Assembly: GCF_000150275.1 (NCBI RefSeq)
Contig: NW_002060944.1
Span: 7,578,735 to 7,642,734, forward strand
DNA length: 64,000 bases
Direction: 5' to 3'
Source of the DNA: Trichoplax adhaerens
Lineage: Eukaryota; Animalia; Placozoa
A program made the position numbers and the translations under genes. Positions 13,975-26,155 of the stretch are shown here, in pieces. Below the pieces are notes generated by a model, which made no database searches, was not told where the DNA came from, and worked only from the letters and a program-made list of their open reading frames with translations. The stretch's first letter is position 1. Every line of letters begins with the position of its first letter.

Positions 13975-15020
13975 ACACCTTGCTGATGTGGTATACAATC
14001 TTGGCATACCAAGGCAATTGTTAAGCAAATTAATCTCCAAGAAACACGCGTAGATTGCAAAGCAGTCTATTTCATACAGCACATCGGGATAAATCATTGT
14101 ACTGCACGAATAGTTGCAACTAATGTCACTAGGTGCCTACTTTCAAAGGGATCTTAGCATGCCAAGCCAATTGCTAAGTAAATTAATCTTCAGAAGCAAT
14201 CCTAGATAAGAAAGAAATCGATTCTACACATGGATCGGTCATTCTACTAGATGTATATTGGAAACTAATATCGCCAGGTATACTTTCTTAGTATACCAAG
14301 GCCATTGTCAAGTTAATTAATCTCCAGCAATATGTTTCATACATACTCGTAATGTCGTGATATGGCATTCTACTACATACATATTTGCAACTAGTCACCT
14401 GGTACACTTTCAAATTCAATCCTAGCATGCCAAAATAATTCTTAGGTAAATTAATTTTTTAGCAAGTACTCTTAAATTAGAAAGTAAGAAGTTTCATATA
14501 TAGTGATAGATCATTCTACTGGACGTATATTTACAACTAGTATTACCAGCTCATTTTGAATCAATCTTAGCATACCAAGGCAATTGCTAAGCAAGTTAAT
14601 AATCCGTAAATATCCCTAGACTAAAAAGAAATGTAATTCACATAGAGTAATAGGTTAACTTGATATTTATAACTAGAGTTAAGGGCAGAGAGACGGAAGG
14701 TATACTTATAATCAAATTTGCGAAAGATTACACTTTGCTGATATCGCTTACTATCTTGACATATCAAAGTACTTATCAAGCAAGTAAATCCCTAGTAATA
14801 CTTCCAGATTAAAAAGTAACCTCTTTCAACGCAGTGAAAGGTTACACTACTGTAAAATTGTAACTAGAATCAGATATCGGGTAGACGAAAGGTACAATTT
14901 CAATCAAATCTTTTGCATAGGATAATTCCTTACGGATACCATCTACACATTGTACAGTCTTAACGCACCAAGACATCTGTGAAACAAACTAATCTCCCAT
15001 AAATACTCCTAAACTAAAAA
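13975..15020. repeat. Degenerate tandem array, ~7 units of ~135-205 bp
   Basis: Anchor ATCTT(A/G)GCAT(A/G)CCAAG..AATTG.TAAG.AAATTAATCT recurs near 14000, 14155, 14290, 14425, 14570, 14760 and 14965. Confidence 0.75.
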
Positions 15021-15980
15021 AGCATTATATTCTTACTATGCATTCAGTTGGTAATCTATTACGTGCATAATACAATACGAGTACAGTTGCTCTTACGACA
15101 TTTTCTATTTTTAGAGAATTGTCAAAGTTGAATTTATCCATCGAACAAATATAGTACTGCCCATCAAAATCAGGTCAAATCTAAAATTGGTGTGATAACA
15201 ATAGTGTAATTGAAATTCAAGGCATGCATATTAATCAATTAGTAGTAAGACAATGATAGTATCCAAAATTGCGTTAATTAATTATATACATGTCATAAAT
15301 AGACATTCTCTTTCAATTACACGTTAATTTTTTATTCCAATTTTCCATAATCATAACCATAAAATAAGTCCATGCTTCTAGTATGCTTAACGACGTATTT
15401 GCCCACGTCTATCTAGTACATTCAAGATTGCAATTTCGCTACCCGATCGAAGCTTCAACATCTTCTTCAGTGTCATTTACCAAGTTTTCACCTATCAATT
15501 TTAAAACTATAATTAAGAATAGACTATGCTACAGTAGTTCACATTTCTTAATGCATATCATCAGTAGGCCTGATATAAATGCTACGTCTAGTCTCTAGTT
15601 TGCTTATAGTAAATGGTATTTACAATATGAAACCTCGTTCATGAGCATTATCTCAATGTCAGCCATTGCAAGCAAAAGTGCAGTTTGTAAAGCTACTTTC
15701 AATCACTAGATACCAAAATCTGATATTGCTATTATCATGGAATAGTTTTAAAACTTATTGTAAAATTTTCTATAGCATATGCTACTTTTAACTCTTACGA
15801 GAACAATGAAATCTAGGTAATGTAGTAAATACTGGTGTAGTAAAAGTTGCAAAATCTAGAATGTCATAATCACACATTCTTACATCGAATGGTGGTGAAC
15901 TAAGTCTAAAAATATTTTTTTGGATAGCTTTGATTTAAATCTGTCTATAGAATAACATCAAGTTTGATGAATAAAAATAC

Positions 15981-18900
15981 CTTGGGATAGGCGTAACTTC
16001 TCTCTATAATTAATATGATTATATAGCCATTCAATCCAGTCATCTCCATCTTCTACTATTTGCATTGTCCATACTATGATTAAATTCAAATTAAAGACAG
16101 AGTTGATTTTTCTCAAAATAATACTTTATCATAGTTGCAAAATGGTATTTTAACGCCTTCTTAAGTAATAAGTTTAATAAAGTATTACATAAAACGGCAG
16201 TATCAGTTATATTGAAGCAAGAAGTTGTTTTATTTTAGAGAAATATTCTTAATCGATGTAGCTCACCTTCATCTGACTGTGACTGATCAGTGATGGTAAA
16301 TGATTCGAAATCGTTCTTATTAAAGAAAGACACACGATAATTTAGCGATATGAAAACGTCAGCGGTGCATTTATTAATATTCTTACAATCGACAATGAAT
16401 ACATGTATAGGTATAAGAGAATCATCTAAACAATTTATATTTACTGTTGATTCGGTGGCTTTGGTCATAAGTTATTATGCCATGAAAACAACATTTTAAT
16501 GTCACAGAACTGTATAACTATGGTATATCTAGTAGTTCATGGTATAAGCATACGATAGCGAAACACCACAATTTGCTATACAACGCTGATAAAAAGAATT
16601 TTTACTATATAAGTAAGGATATGATATCGTATACCTCATCGGTAATTATGCAGTCCTGTAATAAAACTTGGTATTCTAAAAACAAACTCTTCTGTAAGAA
16701 ATGAGACATGGATGAAAAGATCAATTAAATACCAAATTGTAGTTAGAAAACATCTAGTGGAACTTTCACCTCTACGATTGAACATATAAGAATGGCCTTA
16801 TCAAATATGATCATATAGCAACTATAGAAAAGGAAAATAGATCGAAAATATTGTCAAATCTGCCCCCCAAAAAAATCATAAATACGTTATTCCATTTTAG
16901 CATACCAATTTTGCTTTTTTAAAAATTTCAGAGTCTCACGATTTGGTTTACTGAGAATTCTTACGTATCCTTCTATAGTTAATTTTCCCAATCCTGTAAA
17001 AGCTAATGTTGAGAGCTTCTACAACAAATCAATAATGGAGCGATAGTGTCCATCAACTGTTTTTATGACAATACTAATCAAAAGGATTATGTTAATCATC
17101 AATATTATTCTTATCGATCTGATATTAACTTACATTGGAGTCAACTTCTATCCTTTTGATATCAAGATTTGATTTTCCAAAAAAATACGTGGAAATATTG
17201 GAAGTTTTGTACATAGAGGTCAATTTATAAAATATTAGACTATTGGTATCATATTTATAGCTCACATAGATATTAAAAAGTTGATTCTGGACATCGTTTG
17301 AACTTCTTCCATTGCACTTAGCACGCGTTCTGTAATTAGCTGTAAAGAAACAATAATGTACCACATTCTCATTCGGTAGCTGTTGCATTTTGTAGCTTAT
17401 GATAACTTAAGCATCTAGCCGTGCAAGTTCTGCTTAATCAATCTAATGATAGTTTATAGTTTATATTTAATCTAGACCTTTAGTCACCAAGTAAACACAC
17501 GTTCACAGTTCAGTTATTAACAAACGATTTTAATGACACCAGTAATCATAGATTACCACTACCAATTCCATTAATCAAGCAAAGACTAATGCTACAACAT
17601 TTATATTTATTTTGTTTGGCGTTCCCTAACAATTGGATAGTAATAAGCTATGGAAAATTTTGATATTCATTAAACTAGTGAGATAACGGATAACAGTTGC
17701 ATCAATTTCTTGCAAAGATGAAATTACTGAGAAAGTAAATTATAAGTACCCTTAGCAATTTATTTTATCAGAGTTAGAAATAGGATTCAATAAATAAAAT
17801 AATAGAACATACCTTAATACATGATTTAGCACCAATCAGAGCACTTTTTTCCAAATCATTCTTGGCCAAGTGGTACAATGCCTACGATAAGTTAACTTCT
17901 TCTTATACTAGAATTAGTTGTAAAAATACTCTTAAAACCAAAATTGCATATACATACTTCGAAGACAATCGAATACAGTGTGAGTTGGTAGAGTGGGATA
18001 AATAAAATCTCTTTAAATGTTCTCACTTTAAAATGATAGGTATTGCAGCACTTTAACCATTTCTGTTGAAAAACAGAGTTTGTTTGAAATTTTAAGAATA
18101 TTTTAAGTGGATACGTTTAAAATTTTAAATCGATATATAAAACTTGATAATTTCAACATTAATACTTGTATATAAGATATCAATACGTATTAATAGCTGA
18201 ATAGAAAAAAATAAACACATTAGAGGCACAAATACTACCCCTACAAAAGTTACAAGTATATACTATACCTGTATATGATAGTGGAATGCTTGTTCTTTGG
18301 TCTGTTATATAGTTACGAGTTAAAAGAATATTATGCTCAATCAATGTATGAAGATCTGAGTAGTATTAACTCACTTCACGAAGTAGTAAAGATTGGATTT
18401 CGCCCCCATATTCAAAATAAATTTCGGTTTCCTTAATTGGACACGAGATAAAAATATATCGTACAATTATTTTCAACAGCAGATGTAATAAGCATCAACT
18501 TTGATTTAAATCTCTACAAATAAGAGATTTTACATATACTATTTTATAGTCGACAATTTTGTAAGTATTATAGGACGACCGTCATTGAAGAGTCTATCAT
18601 ATCGAATAGATGGTCGCAATCACTCATTTGTATTACCAATTTACTAAATATTCTATGAGAAATATTTTGTAGGTTAGTCTCAGCATTTTGAATGAGGTCT
18701 AAAAGCTTGTAATGTTGTGATCTGAATTTCTGTTAGAGAGAAAAAGACTTCCATTAAAAAAAATGACAGAGAAAATCTAAAATGAAGGAACTCTTAAGGC
18801 AGAAAGATCGAATTTATGTTAGATAGAAACAGCTTACATCTAATATCATGTGGATATACTCTAGTTTAAATTCTTGCATTTGCTGTTGAGTAAAGATTTG

Positions 18901-19682
18901 ATCAAAACACTAGATTGATGCAAAATAGGCTGTTATTACAGAGTCTTGTTTATGATTTGTTTTACGCGAGAATCCAGTAAAAACTGTCCACGAAACAGAA
19001 TTAGTACTTACTTCAAGGCAAACTTGGATAGAAAAGATTAAATCTACTTCAGCATTTTGAAGGCTTGTAATAGCAATGCTTATACCGTCACTGATATGAA
19101 GTGGAGCCTAGGCATTATAAAACATAAATATATGAAGGGACAAAACTACTCACAATCATTATTAAAGTTAGACTAAGTTATAGGAAAATACACCAAATAT
19201 TTATGTGAGCGTTTTTTAACTCGTTAGAACATTAGAGAAAGATTGCCAATACTATCAGTATGAGATTTGTTAGGAACCACAGTCTATTGGGTGCACTACT
19301 GCAATAAAGAGGGACTATCTAAACTTTCTAGCCATCAAATTTTACGTAGTGATTTCGTATAACTGTATCTAAACTCTAAAGCATCATTCGAAAGGATGGT
19401 ATAAATCATATCAATTCTCAGTTTCTACAATGCAATACGATGCAGAGAGTAATACTACAAAAATAAATCATGAGTATATACCGCGAATCTCGATGGAATA
19501 TCCGGTGGAATGGACGTGATCTGCAAGGAAAGAAACGATATATGTCAGCTTAAGGATAATTTCGCTTAATTGGTTAAAATCACTCACTGTGTAAGTAATC
19601 TACGTAGGTATGATCGAATTCGATTTACCTGATTTTCGGTTGGCAACGCAAATCGAACTTTTTTGGTTTTTGGTCTAGGCAT
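15981..19682 (-). CDS. Highly divergent Vav-like DH-PH (RhoGEF) protein built from many 19-113 nt exons; 3' end uncertain, possible single frameshift
   Basis: Phase-consistent GT-AG exons 19629-19682, 19482-19520, 19012-19107, 18838-18909, 18637-18729, 18375-18431, 18269-18301, 17958-18062, 17813-17881, 17266-17339, 17134-17152, 16906-17018, 16770-16821. They give AITSLQNAEVDL.., RIFSKLETEIYFEYGG, FKVRTFKEILFIPLYQLTLYSIVFEALY (DH helices), LGKLTIEGYVRI, CYMIIFDKAILIC and, in a later exon, DWIEWL..AYP (PH-like). Family assignment is by remembered similarity to Vav DH-PH, not by a search. Confidence 0.6.
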
Positions 19683-20212
19683 AGTCTGTATGCCTATAAT
19701 GATTTATCGAAGATAACTAGAAAATCAGAACTGCTCTACGATTAACTATACTTGCAATTTCTCAAGTAAAAGCGACTTTACTATTTCTATTCCGGTCCAT
19801 AAATTGTAAGTGTTGCTTTATCAATTGGAGTTCATCCATTCGTCTTTGATCATGATCTATGGACGAATCAATAACTTTTTATACTTTGATGGGGTAATTA
19901 CTGCGTAAAAAACTATCAATAATAATAACGTTATTAATAATAATAATTCCATCGGGCATTCGTGTCCTATATAGGCGATATCATTTATCCAAATACGGTA
20001 ACTATAGTTATACTATAGGATATAATTCTTCGTTCTAAATTTATTCTGTCCGCTAGCTCGTATATATGTATTTCTATCAGGAAAAGTAAACATCTCTATA
20101 TTTAAAGATGAAAATAATCGCTACTTGATACTGTTTACTCGTGTGTTCTTAATAAGGTAAACGGAAAGTCTAATAATCAACAACGCTACTTGTTATTGAT
20201 TACGCATCGAAC

Positions 20213-20752
20213 TAAGCTGTTTCAGTCCATTCTATTTTTTTCCCCATACTGCTCAAAGTTTCCGCGATTGTACGAATTTGATACAGCAGTGTCTAATAAC
20301 TAATACTATTATAATTAACATGCAAACATGCAGTACTGCGTATTAGCTTGTTAGCTTGTTGAAGATGGATATTTGGTTAGATTGGTCGATGCATAGATGC
20401 GATAAAGATTATCTGTCTACAACTCTTATAATCTCATTCACTTAGAACATACGCGTATGTGATTACTTTGCATAGCGAAACGAATAAGTTTAAAGCTATT
20501 TCAGTCCATCCTATTTTTTCCCTTACTACTCAAAATTTCCACGGTTGTACGAATTTGATGTAGTAGTGTCTAACTACTACAATTATAATTAACATACAGT
20601 AGTACTACGTATTAGCTTATTAACTGGTTAAAGACAGCTATTTGGCTAGATTGGCGCATGGCTTAGATACAATAAAGATTATTTGTCTACGACTCTCATA
20701 GTCTTATTCATTTAGAACACACGTGTATATGATTACTTTACCTAGCGAAACG
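20213..20752. repeat. Two-copy tandem duplication (~280 bp)
   Basis: AAGCT(G/A)TTTCAGTCCAT..TATTTTT...GTACGAATTTGAT...GATAAAGATTAT...GATTACTTT...TAGCGAAACGA at 20213 and 20493. Confidence 0.85.
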
Positions 20753-21309
20753 ATGAGTACATAATCGTACAGTCTTAATAAATGGAATTGAATAAATAAA
20801 ACAGTTACTGGCGATGCAAAGAAAACTGGAATGGAAGGGTAATACCAACGCATTCACACAAATCGTCAATTTCCTTCATATTTACAATAATGATTCGAGA
20901 GTGATGACTAGTATATTATACAATGTATATTGCTTTACTACTCATTCGATTCTAGTCAGTCAACTCATCAGGGCTGCAGTTAGTAGTTGTTAATTACCGG
21001 TAATCATAAGTAATTATAATTGCTTGAGAAGTCTAAGCACCATCATGTGCGCTGTTTGATTTAGTTACGTTCAGCAGCGAGATCCATCGTGATCTATATC
21101 GTCTCAGTTAGACCGTAAGGTCAAATAATATTCAACGTCGTTTTAGATCATGACTTGGTCTCAAATAAAGAGTAACTTAGGACTAACAGATATCGGTTTG
21201 GTATTGATTATTTGTGTAGAAGTAGTCCAATTAGTATATTAGTCGGAGTACCTCGAGAATTTCCTGCATCTACGGATGAATTAGTTCTCATACAATACGT
21301 TAAATATAC

Positions 21310-21995
21310 TGAATGGTAACAGTGTTCTATCCGTATATTATGGATAAGGAAATTCCATATGTGTGCATTTACAATTCAGTATTTCCTAAATATTTGGAAC
21401 ATTTTTTCAAGAGGATAACTTGTACAATTATTCTCGGCTTGCTGCTTGATATTGTTCATTGTTGTGCTGAAGAACGTGAGAAAGTTTTCTACTTACGTAG
21501 TGGTATACTGGTAGCGATCTCAGTCAGCGGATCGAATTATGCGTTGCATTCCTATGTCATGGATAAGGAAATTCAACCTCTATAGATTTCTTCGATATTT
21601 AGTTATTTCCCCGACAGCGATTGACTAGATCGCTTCTTGGTATTCATTGTTGTACTGAAGGATGCAAATAAGTCTTGTGCCTATGCTAGTGGCAATCTCA
21701 GTCTGCGGATCGAATTATTCAGCATAAGGGCCCGTATGCACATCGAATTAGACAGCGTGCTCGTACTGTATGTCATGGATAAAGGAAATTCGACGTCCAT
21801 ATACTGTAGTTGCGATTATTTCCTGAATATTTACAATATTTATTGAAGAGTGATGACTTTATTCTGTCATTGACGGCTTAGTTCTGTGTATTGTTTCTTT
21901 AAGCAGGCAGGGATCAAATACTGCAATCTACTAGTACTACTTACAGTCTTGCACTATGTCATGAGTAAGAAAATTCGCCATCCGCATATTTACGG
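21310..21995. repeat. Degenerate tandem array, ~4 units of ~185-220 bp
   Basis: TATGTCATGGATAAGGAAATTC-like anchor near 21335, 21553, 21770 and 21955; G(G/C).ATCTCAGTC.GCGGATCGAATTAT is shared at ~21515 and ~21692. Confidence 0.7.
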
Positions 21996-22204
21996 AGAAT
22001 TACAATGATAGTCTCCATTGGAGGGTCAGATTAGTGAATAAACATAGGCTGTTTTCTTTTTTTGTAGCTGATTTTATTGTTCCTATTTGCTTCTTTTTAT
22101 TTATTGGCTTGTATTGATCTGATATTCAATCTTAATAGAGGAGCAAAAACAATGTGTACACTATTATAACAGCATTGATATGATATTCTGATTGGGAGAG
22201 ATTG

Positions 22205-22560
22205 ACAGTATATCTACTGTCAAATTTAAGTGCTATAATCATTGTAAGTCATGTCCGTAGAGCAACATTAGACAGGGCTTTTTACGTTCCCCACTGAGGC
22301 TCTTTAATCGGTTTGTTCTAGTGCTAAGATATTTGCCTACTAAACCTGTATAGAATGGCTTCATTTCTCTCGAATACGTACCTATCAGTGAGTAATGAGA
22401 AGGACACAGATATACGCCACCATAAGCAGCCTAGAGCAGGAACTTTTATTCGAGAAAATTCTCAATTCTCCTTCAAGTCTCTGTCTAGAGCCCCTCTGAG
22501 AGCAAAGACCTGCAAAACACTCTGAGGTGTATTCTTGCAACAAGCAGGCACTAGAGTACT
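22205..22560 (+). mobile_element. Possible decayed non-LTR (LINE) reverse transcriptase fragment
   Basis: Translation STVKFKCYNHCKSCP*SNIRQG, then after a frameshift PLRLFNRFVLVL. This resembles the RT segment V.vNG..S..F....GvRQG..LSP.LFN; no intact YADD is seen. Confidence 0.35.
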
Positions 22561-22835
22561 GAACTAAAGAACTGAGTAAATAATCACATCTACTACCATA
22601 AACATGTAAGATAAGCATATATGATATAGTACTGGATGGATATGGATTACTTTCTGACGAAAAGATAGAGCTGAGATTGAATACTATGATCGAAATAAAG
22701 CCTCAATCGTAATAAAGTATCTACTATAAGTCAATCAAGTATTTCCATTTTTGATTCTACAGTATTCAGTATATCCAATGTCGTCCTGTTACTGTCTATT
22801 AGCCTATTCATTTGTTCTTTCTAGTAAAAGTAAAC

Positions 22836-24535
22836 TACCAGTCCAACTATGCCATGGCTGATTAGTGACCATAGGGCACTTTTTCAGCTCGTCTAGCTTA
22901 CTTTTCTACAGTATTTTCAACATATGCAAGCAGTGATTGGATTTATTTTTCTCCTCTTTTGCTACCCTATTTGTTTTGATGGCGTTAACTACCATCCAAT
23001 TCCACCACGGCCGAATAGTGATGATAGGGCACTATTTCAGCTCGTCTAGCTTACTTTTCTACAGTATTTTCAACATGAGCAAGCAGCGATTTGATTTATT
23101 TTTGGCCTTTTTTGTTTTGATGACGTAAACTACCATCCAATTCCACCACGGCCGATTAGTGATGATAGGGCACTATTTCAGCTCGTCTAGCTTACTTTTC
23201 TACAGTATTTTCAACATATGCAAGCAGCGATTGGATTTATTTTTCGCCTCTTTAGCTACCCTATTTGTTTTGATGGCGTTAACTACCATCCAATTCCACC
23301 ACGGTCGATCAGTGATGATAGGACACTATTTCAGCTCGTCTAGCTTACTTTTCTACAGTATTTTTAACATGAGCAAGCAGCGATTGGATTTATTTTGGCC
23401 TCTTTTGCTACCCTATTTGTTTTGATGGCGTTAACTACCATCCAATTCCACTACGGCCCGATCAGTGATGAACCAGCAGTCCAGTTTCACCATGGCCGAT
23501 CAGTGATGATAGGGCACTATTTCAGCTCGTCTAGCTTACTTTTCTACAGTATTTTCAACATGAGCAAGCCGCGATTGGATTTATTTTTAGCCTTTTTTGC
23601 TGCCGCGTTTGTTTTGATGGCGTTAACTACCATCCAATTCCACTACGGCCCGATCAGTGATGAACCAGCAGTCCAGTTTCACCATGGCCGATCAGTGATG
23701 ATAGGGCACTATTTCAGCTCGTCTAGCTTACTTTTCTACAGTATTTTCAACATGAGCAAGCCGCGATTGGATTTATTTTTAGCCTTTTTTGCTGCCGCGT
23801 TTGTTTTGATGGCGTTAACTACCATCCAATTCCACTACGGCCCGATCAGTGATGAACCAGCAGTCCAGTTTCACCATGGCCGATCAGTGATGATAGGGCA
23901 CTTTTTCAGCTCGTCTAGCTTACTTTTCTACAGTATTTTCAACATGAGCAAGCAGCGATTGGATTTATTTTTGGCCTTTTTTGTTTTGATGACGTTAACT
24001 ACCATCCAATTCCACTACGGCCCGATCAGTGATGAACCAGCAGTCCAGTTTCACCATGGCCGATCAGTGATGATAGGGCACTATTTCAGCTCGTCTAGCT
24101 TACTTTTCTGCAGTATTTTCAACATGAGCAAGCAGCGATTGGATTTAGTTTTGGCCTTTTTTACTGCCGCGTTTGTTTTGATGGCGTTAACTACCATCCA
24201 ATTCCACCACGGCTGATCAGTGATGATAGAGCACTTTTTCAGCTCGTCTAGCTTACTTTTCTACAGTATTTTCAACATGAGCAAGCAGCGATTGGATTTA
24301 GTTTTGGCCTTTTTTGCTGCCGCGTTTGTTTTGATGGCGTTAACTACCATCCAATTCCACTACGGCCCGATCAGTGATGAACCAGCAGTCCAGTTTCACC
24401 ATGGCCGATCAGTGATGATAGGGCACTTTTTCAGCTCGTCTAGCTTACTTTTCTACAGTATTTTCAACATGAGCAAGCCGCGATTGGATTTAGTTTTGGC
24501 CTTTTTTGCTGCCGCATTTGTTTTGATGACGTTAT
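22836..24535. repeat. Homogeneous modular tandem array, ~10 units (141 bp core, optional 12 bp and 39 bp modules)
   Basis: Anchor ACCATCCAATTCCAC at 22991, 23132, 23285, 23437, 23629, 23821, 24001, 24193 and 24346 (spacings 141, 153, 152, 192, 192, 180, 192, 153); units nearly identical. Confidence 0.97.
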
Positions 24536-24899
24536 CATTTTGGGGGGATTTTGAATCTGGTGATGAAATGGAGCGGAATGCAAGGTAAATAGAGTAGAAA
24601 AAGTAGAGCATCAGGGTATTGATTGCGACACTTGATATAGTTTTGATTGCCTTGCCGTATGATGGAATTCAATAACGTCATGAACTCCAAATAGAGTAGT
24701 ACTCAAGCAGATTGAGTGGTAAACTATTGCAGTGCACAAACTGCATACGAAATGCTGTAGCAGGAAGTAGAACTTGAGTGATTGGACTGCTGAAAAATGT
24801 CATTCGCGGACACGAGTGCAAAAGTCAATTGCCGCACTGCGTCCAGTACGTACAGTATGTACTGATGTGGACAATACTAACGCGTAGCATTGTGCAATT

Positions 24900-26155
24900 G
24901 ATCATGTCACCCTTTAGGTCCAACGTATCTGTCATGGCAGCCGCTCGATGAGGCCATCTTCAGGATAGTACAATCAAGCAGCAAACTAACTTAGCTTACA
25001 CTTTTGGCCATCAACAGTTGGTTACTGATAGTTCTTGCGTAGTAGTCTCTTTCATTCGTATTTTAGTCGCTTAATATTATTCAGTTAGTTTAGTCAGTGC
25101 TCATTCTGTGTATGTCATCCGATCGTGCAATCGCTTGAGAAGTAATGTTCGTCCTGTCTCAGGTGATATTATTTCTGCACTGTACTATACTGTAGAGTAG
25201 CGGAGAAGCGAACATGTCATGTCACCCTTTATTTGGCCAAAACCTATCTGCAATGATTGCCACTTGATTAGGCCATATTTAGGATGGGTTAAGCAAGTAG
25301 CCAAATAGTTCAGTTTGCACTTTTGGCCATATTATCCAGTTAGTTTAGCTCATTCTGTGTATGCCATCCGATCGTACAATCGCAAATCGCTTGAGAAGTA
25401 ATATGAGTCACTGTCTTAGGTGACATTATTTCTGCACTGTACACTACTCTACATGTGTATATTACACTATTATCGAGGTGAAAAAATCCAAAGGGAATGT
25501 CACCCTTTAGGGCGAACGCGTCTGCAATGACTACCACTTTATGAGGCGATATTCAATCAAGCAGCAAGATAGTTCAGCTTGCACTTTCTGGCCATCAACA
25601 GTTATTGATAGTCACTGAGTAGTAGTCTCTTTCATTGGTGTTTTAGTCGTTGTTAAGCATAGTTGCTGAACATTATTCAGTTTGTCGGTGCTCATTCTGC
25701 GCAGTCATTCGATCGGACAATTGCTTTGAGAGGTCATGTTAACACCACGGTCTTGGGTGACATTATTTCTGCACTGTACTCTACTGTACAGTATGATAAA
25801 AGGGAAAAAAATCCAACGGGTAATGTCACTCTTTGATGGATGACGTATCTGTTCTAGACTGCAACTGGCACTTTATTAGGCAATATTCATTCATGATGGT
25901 TGAATCCAGTAGGAAAATAGTCCGCTTGTACTTTTGGCCATCAACACTTATTGATTGTCGCTGAGTAGTAGTCTCTTTCATTGGTGTTTCAGTCGTTTTA
26001 ACTCTTATTTAGTCAGTGAGTTACTTAGTGGTCATTCTGTGTCGTAGCCATCCGATCGTACAATCGCTTGAGAAGTAATGTTAGCCATTGCCTTCAAGGG
26101 GGTGACATCATTTCTGCATTTAGTCAGTACTGCAGAAGGGGAAAAAGTCCAACGG
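24900..26155. repeat. Diverged tandem array of 4 units (~280-325 bp), each bounded by inverted TGTCACC...GGTGACA motifs
   Basis: ATGTCAC(C/T)CTTT at ~24904, 25219, 25497 and 25822; shared CACTTTTGGCCAT, GTAGTAGTCTCTTTCATT, CATCCGATCG..CAATCGCTTGAGAAGTAAT and GGTGACATTATTTCTGCACTGTAC. Confidence 0.9.

Noticed and set aside
17360-17715. Exon-like stretches with in-frame stops suggesting a pseudogene or stop-codon reassignment
   Set aside because: A stop-free model skips them (17813 spliced to 17339), and other genes in the window use TAA/TAG as normal stops.
18432-18515. In-frame TGA-TGC (18495-18497, minus strand) as a possible selenocysteine in the RhoGEF
   Set aside because: A pyrimidine-rich acceptor (…GTCCAATTAAG) at 18432 puts the TGA in the intron and gives a clean phase-0 exon; no SECIS was recognised.
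22836-24535. CRISPR-like array
   Set aside because: Eukaryotic context, no unique spacers (whole units are repeated) and no cas genes.
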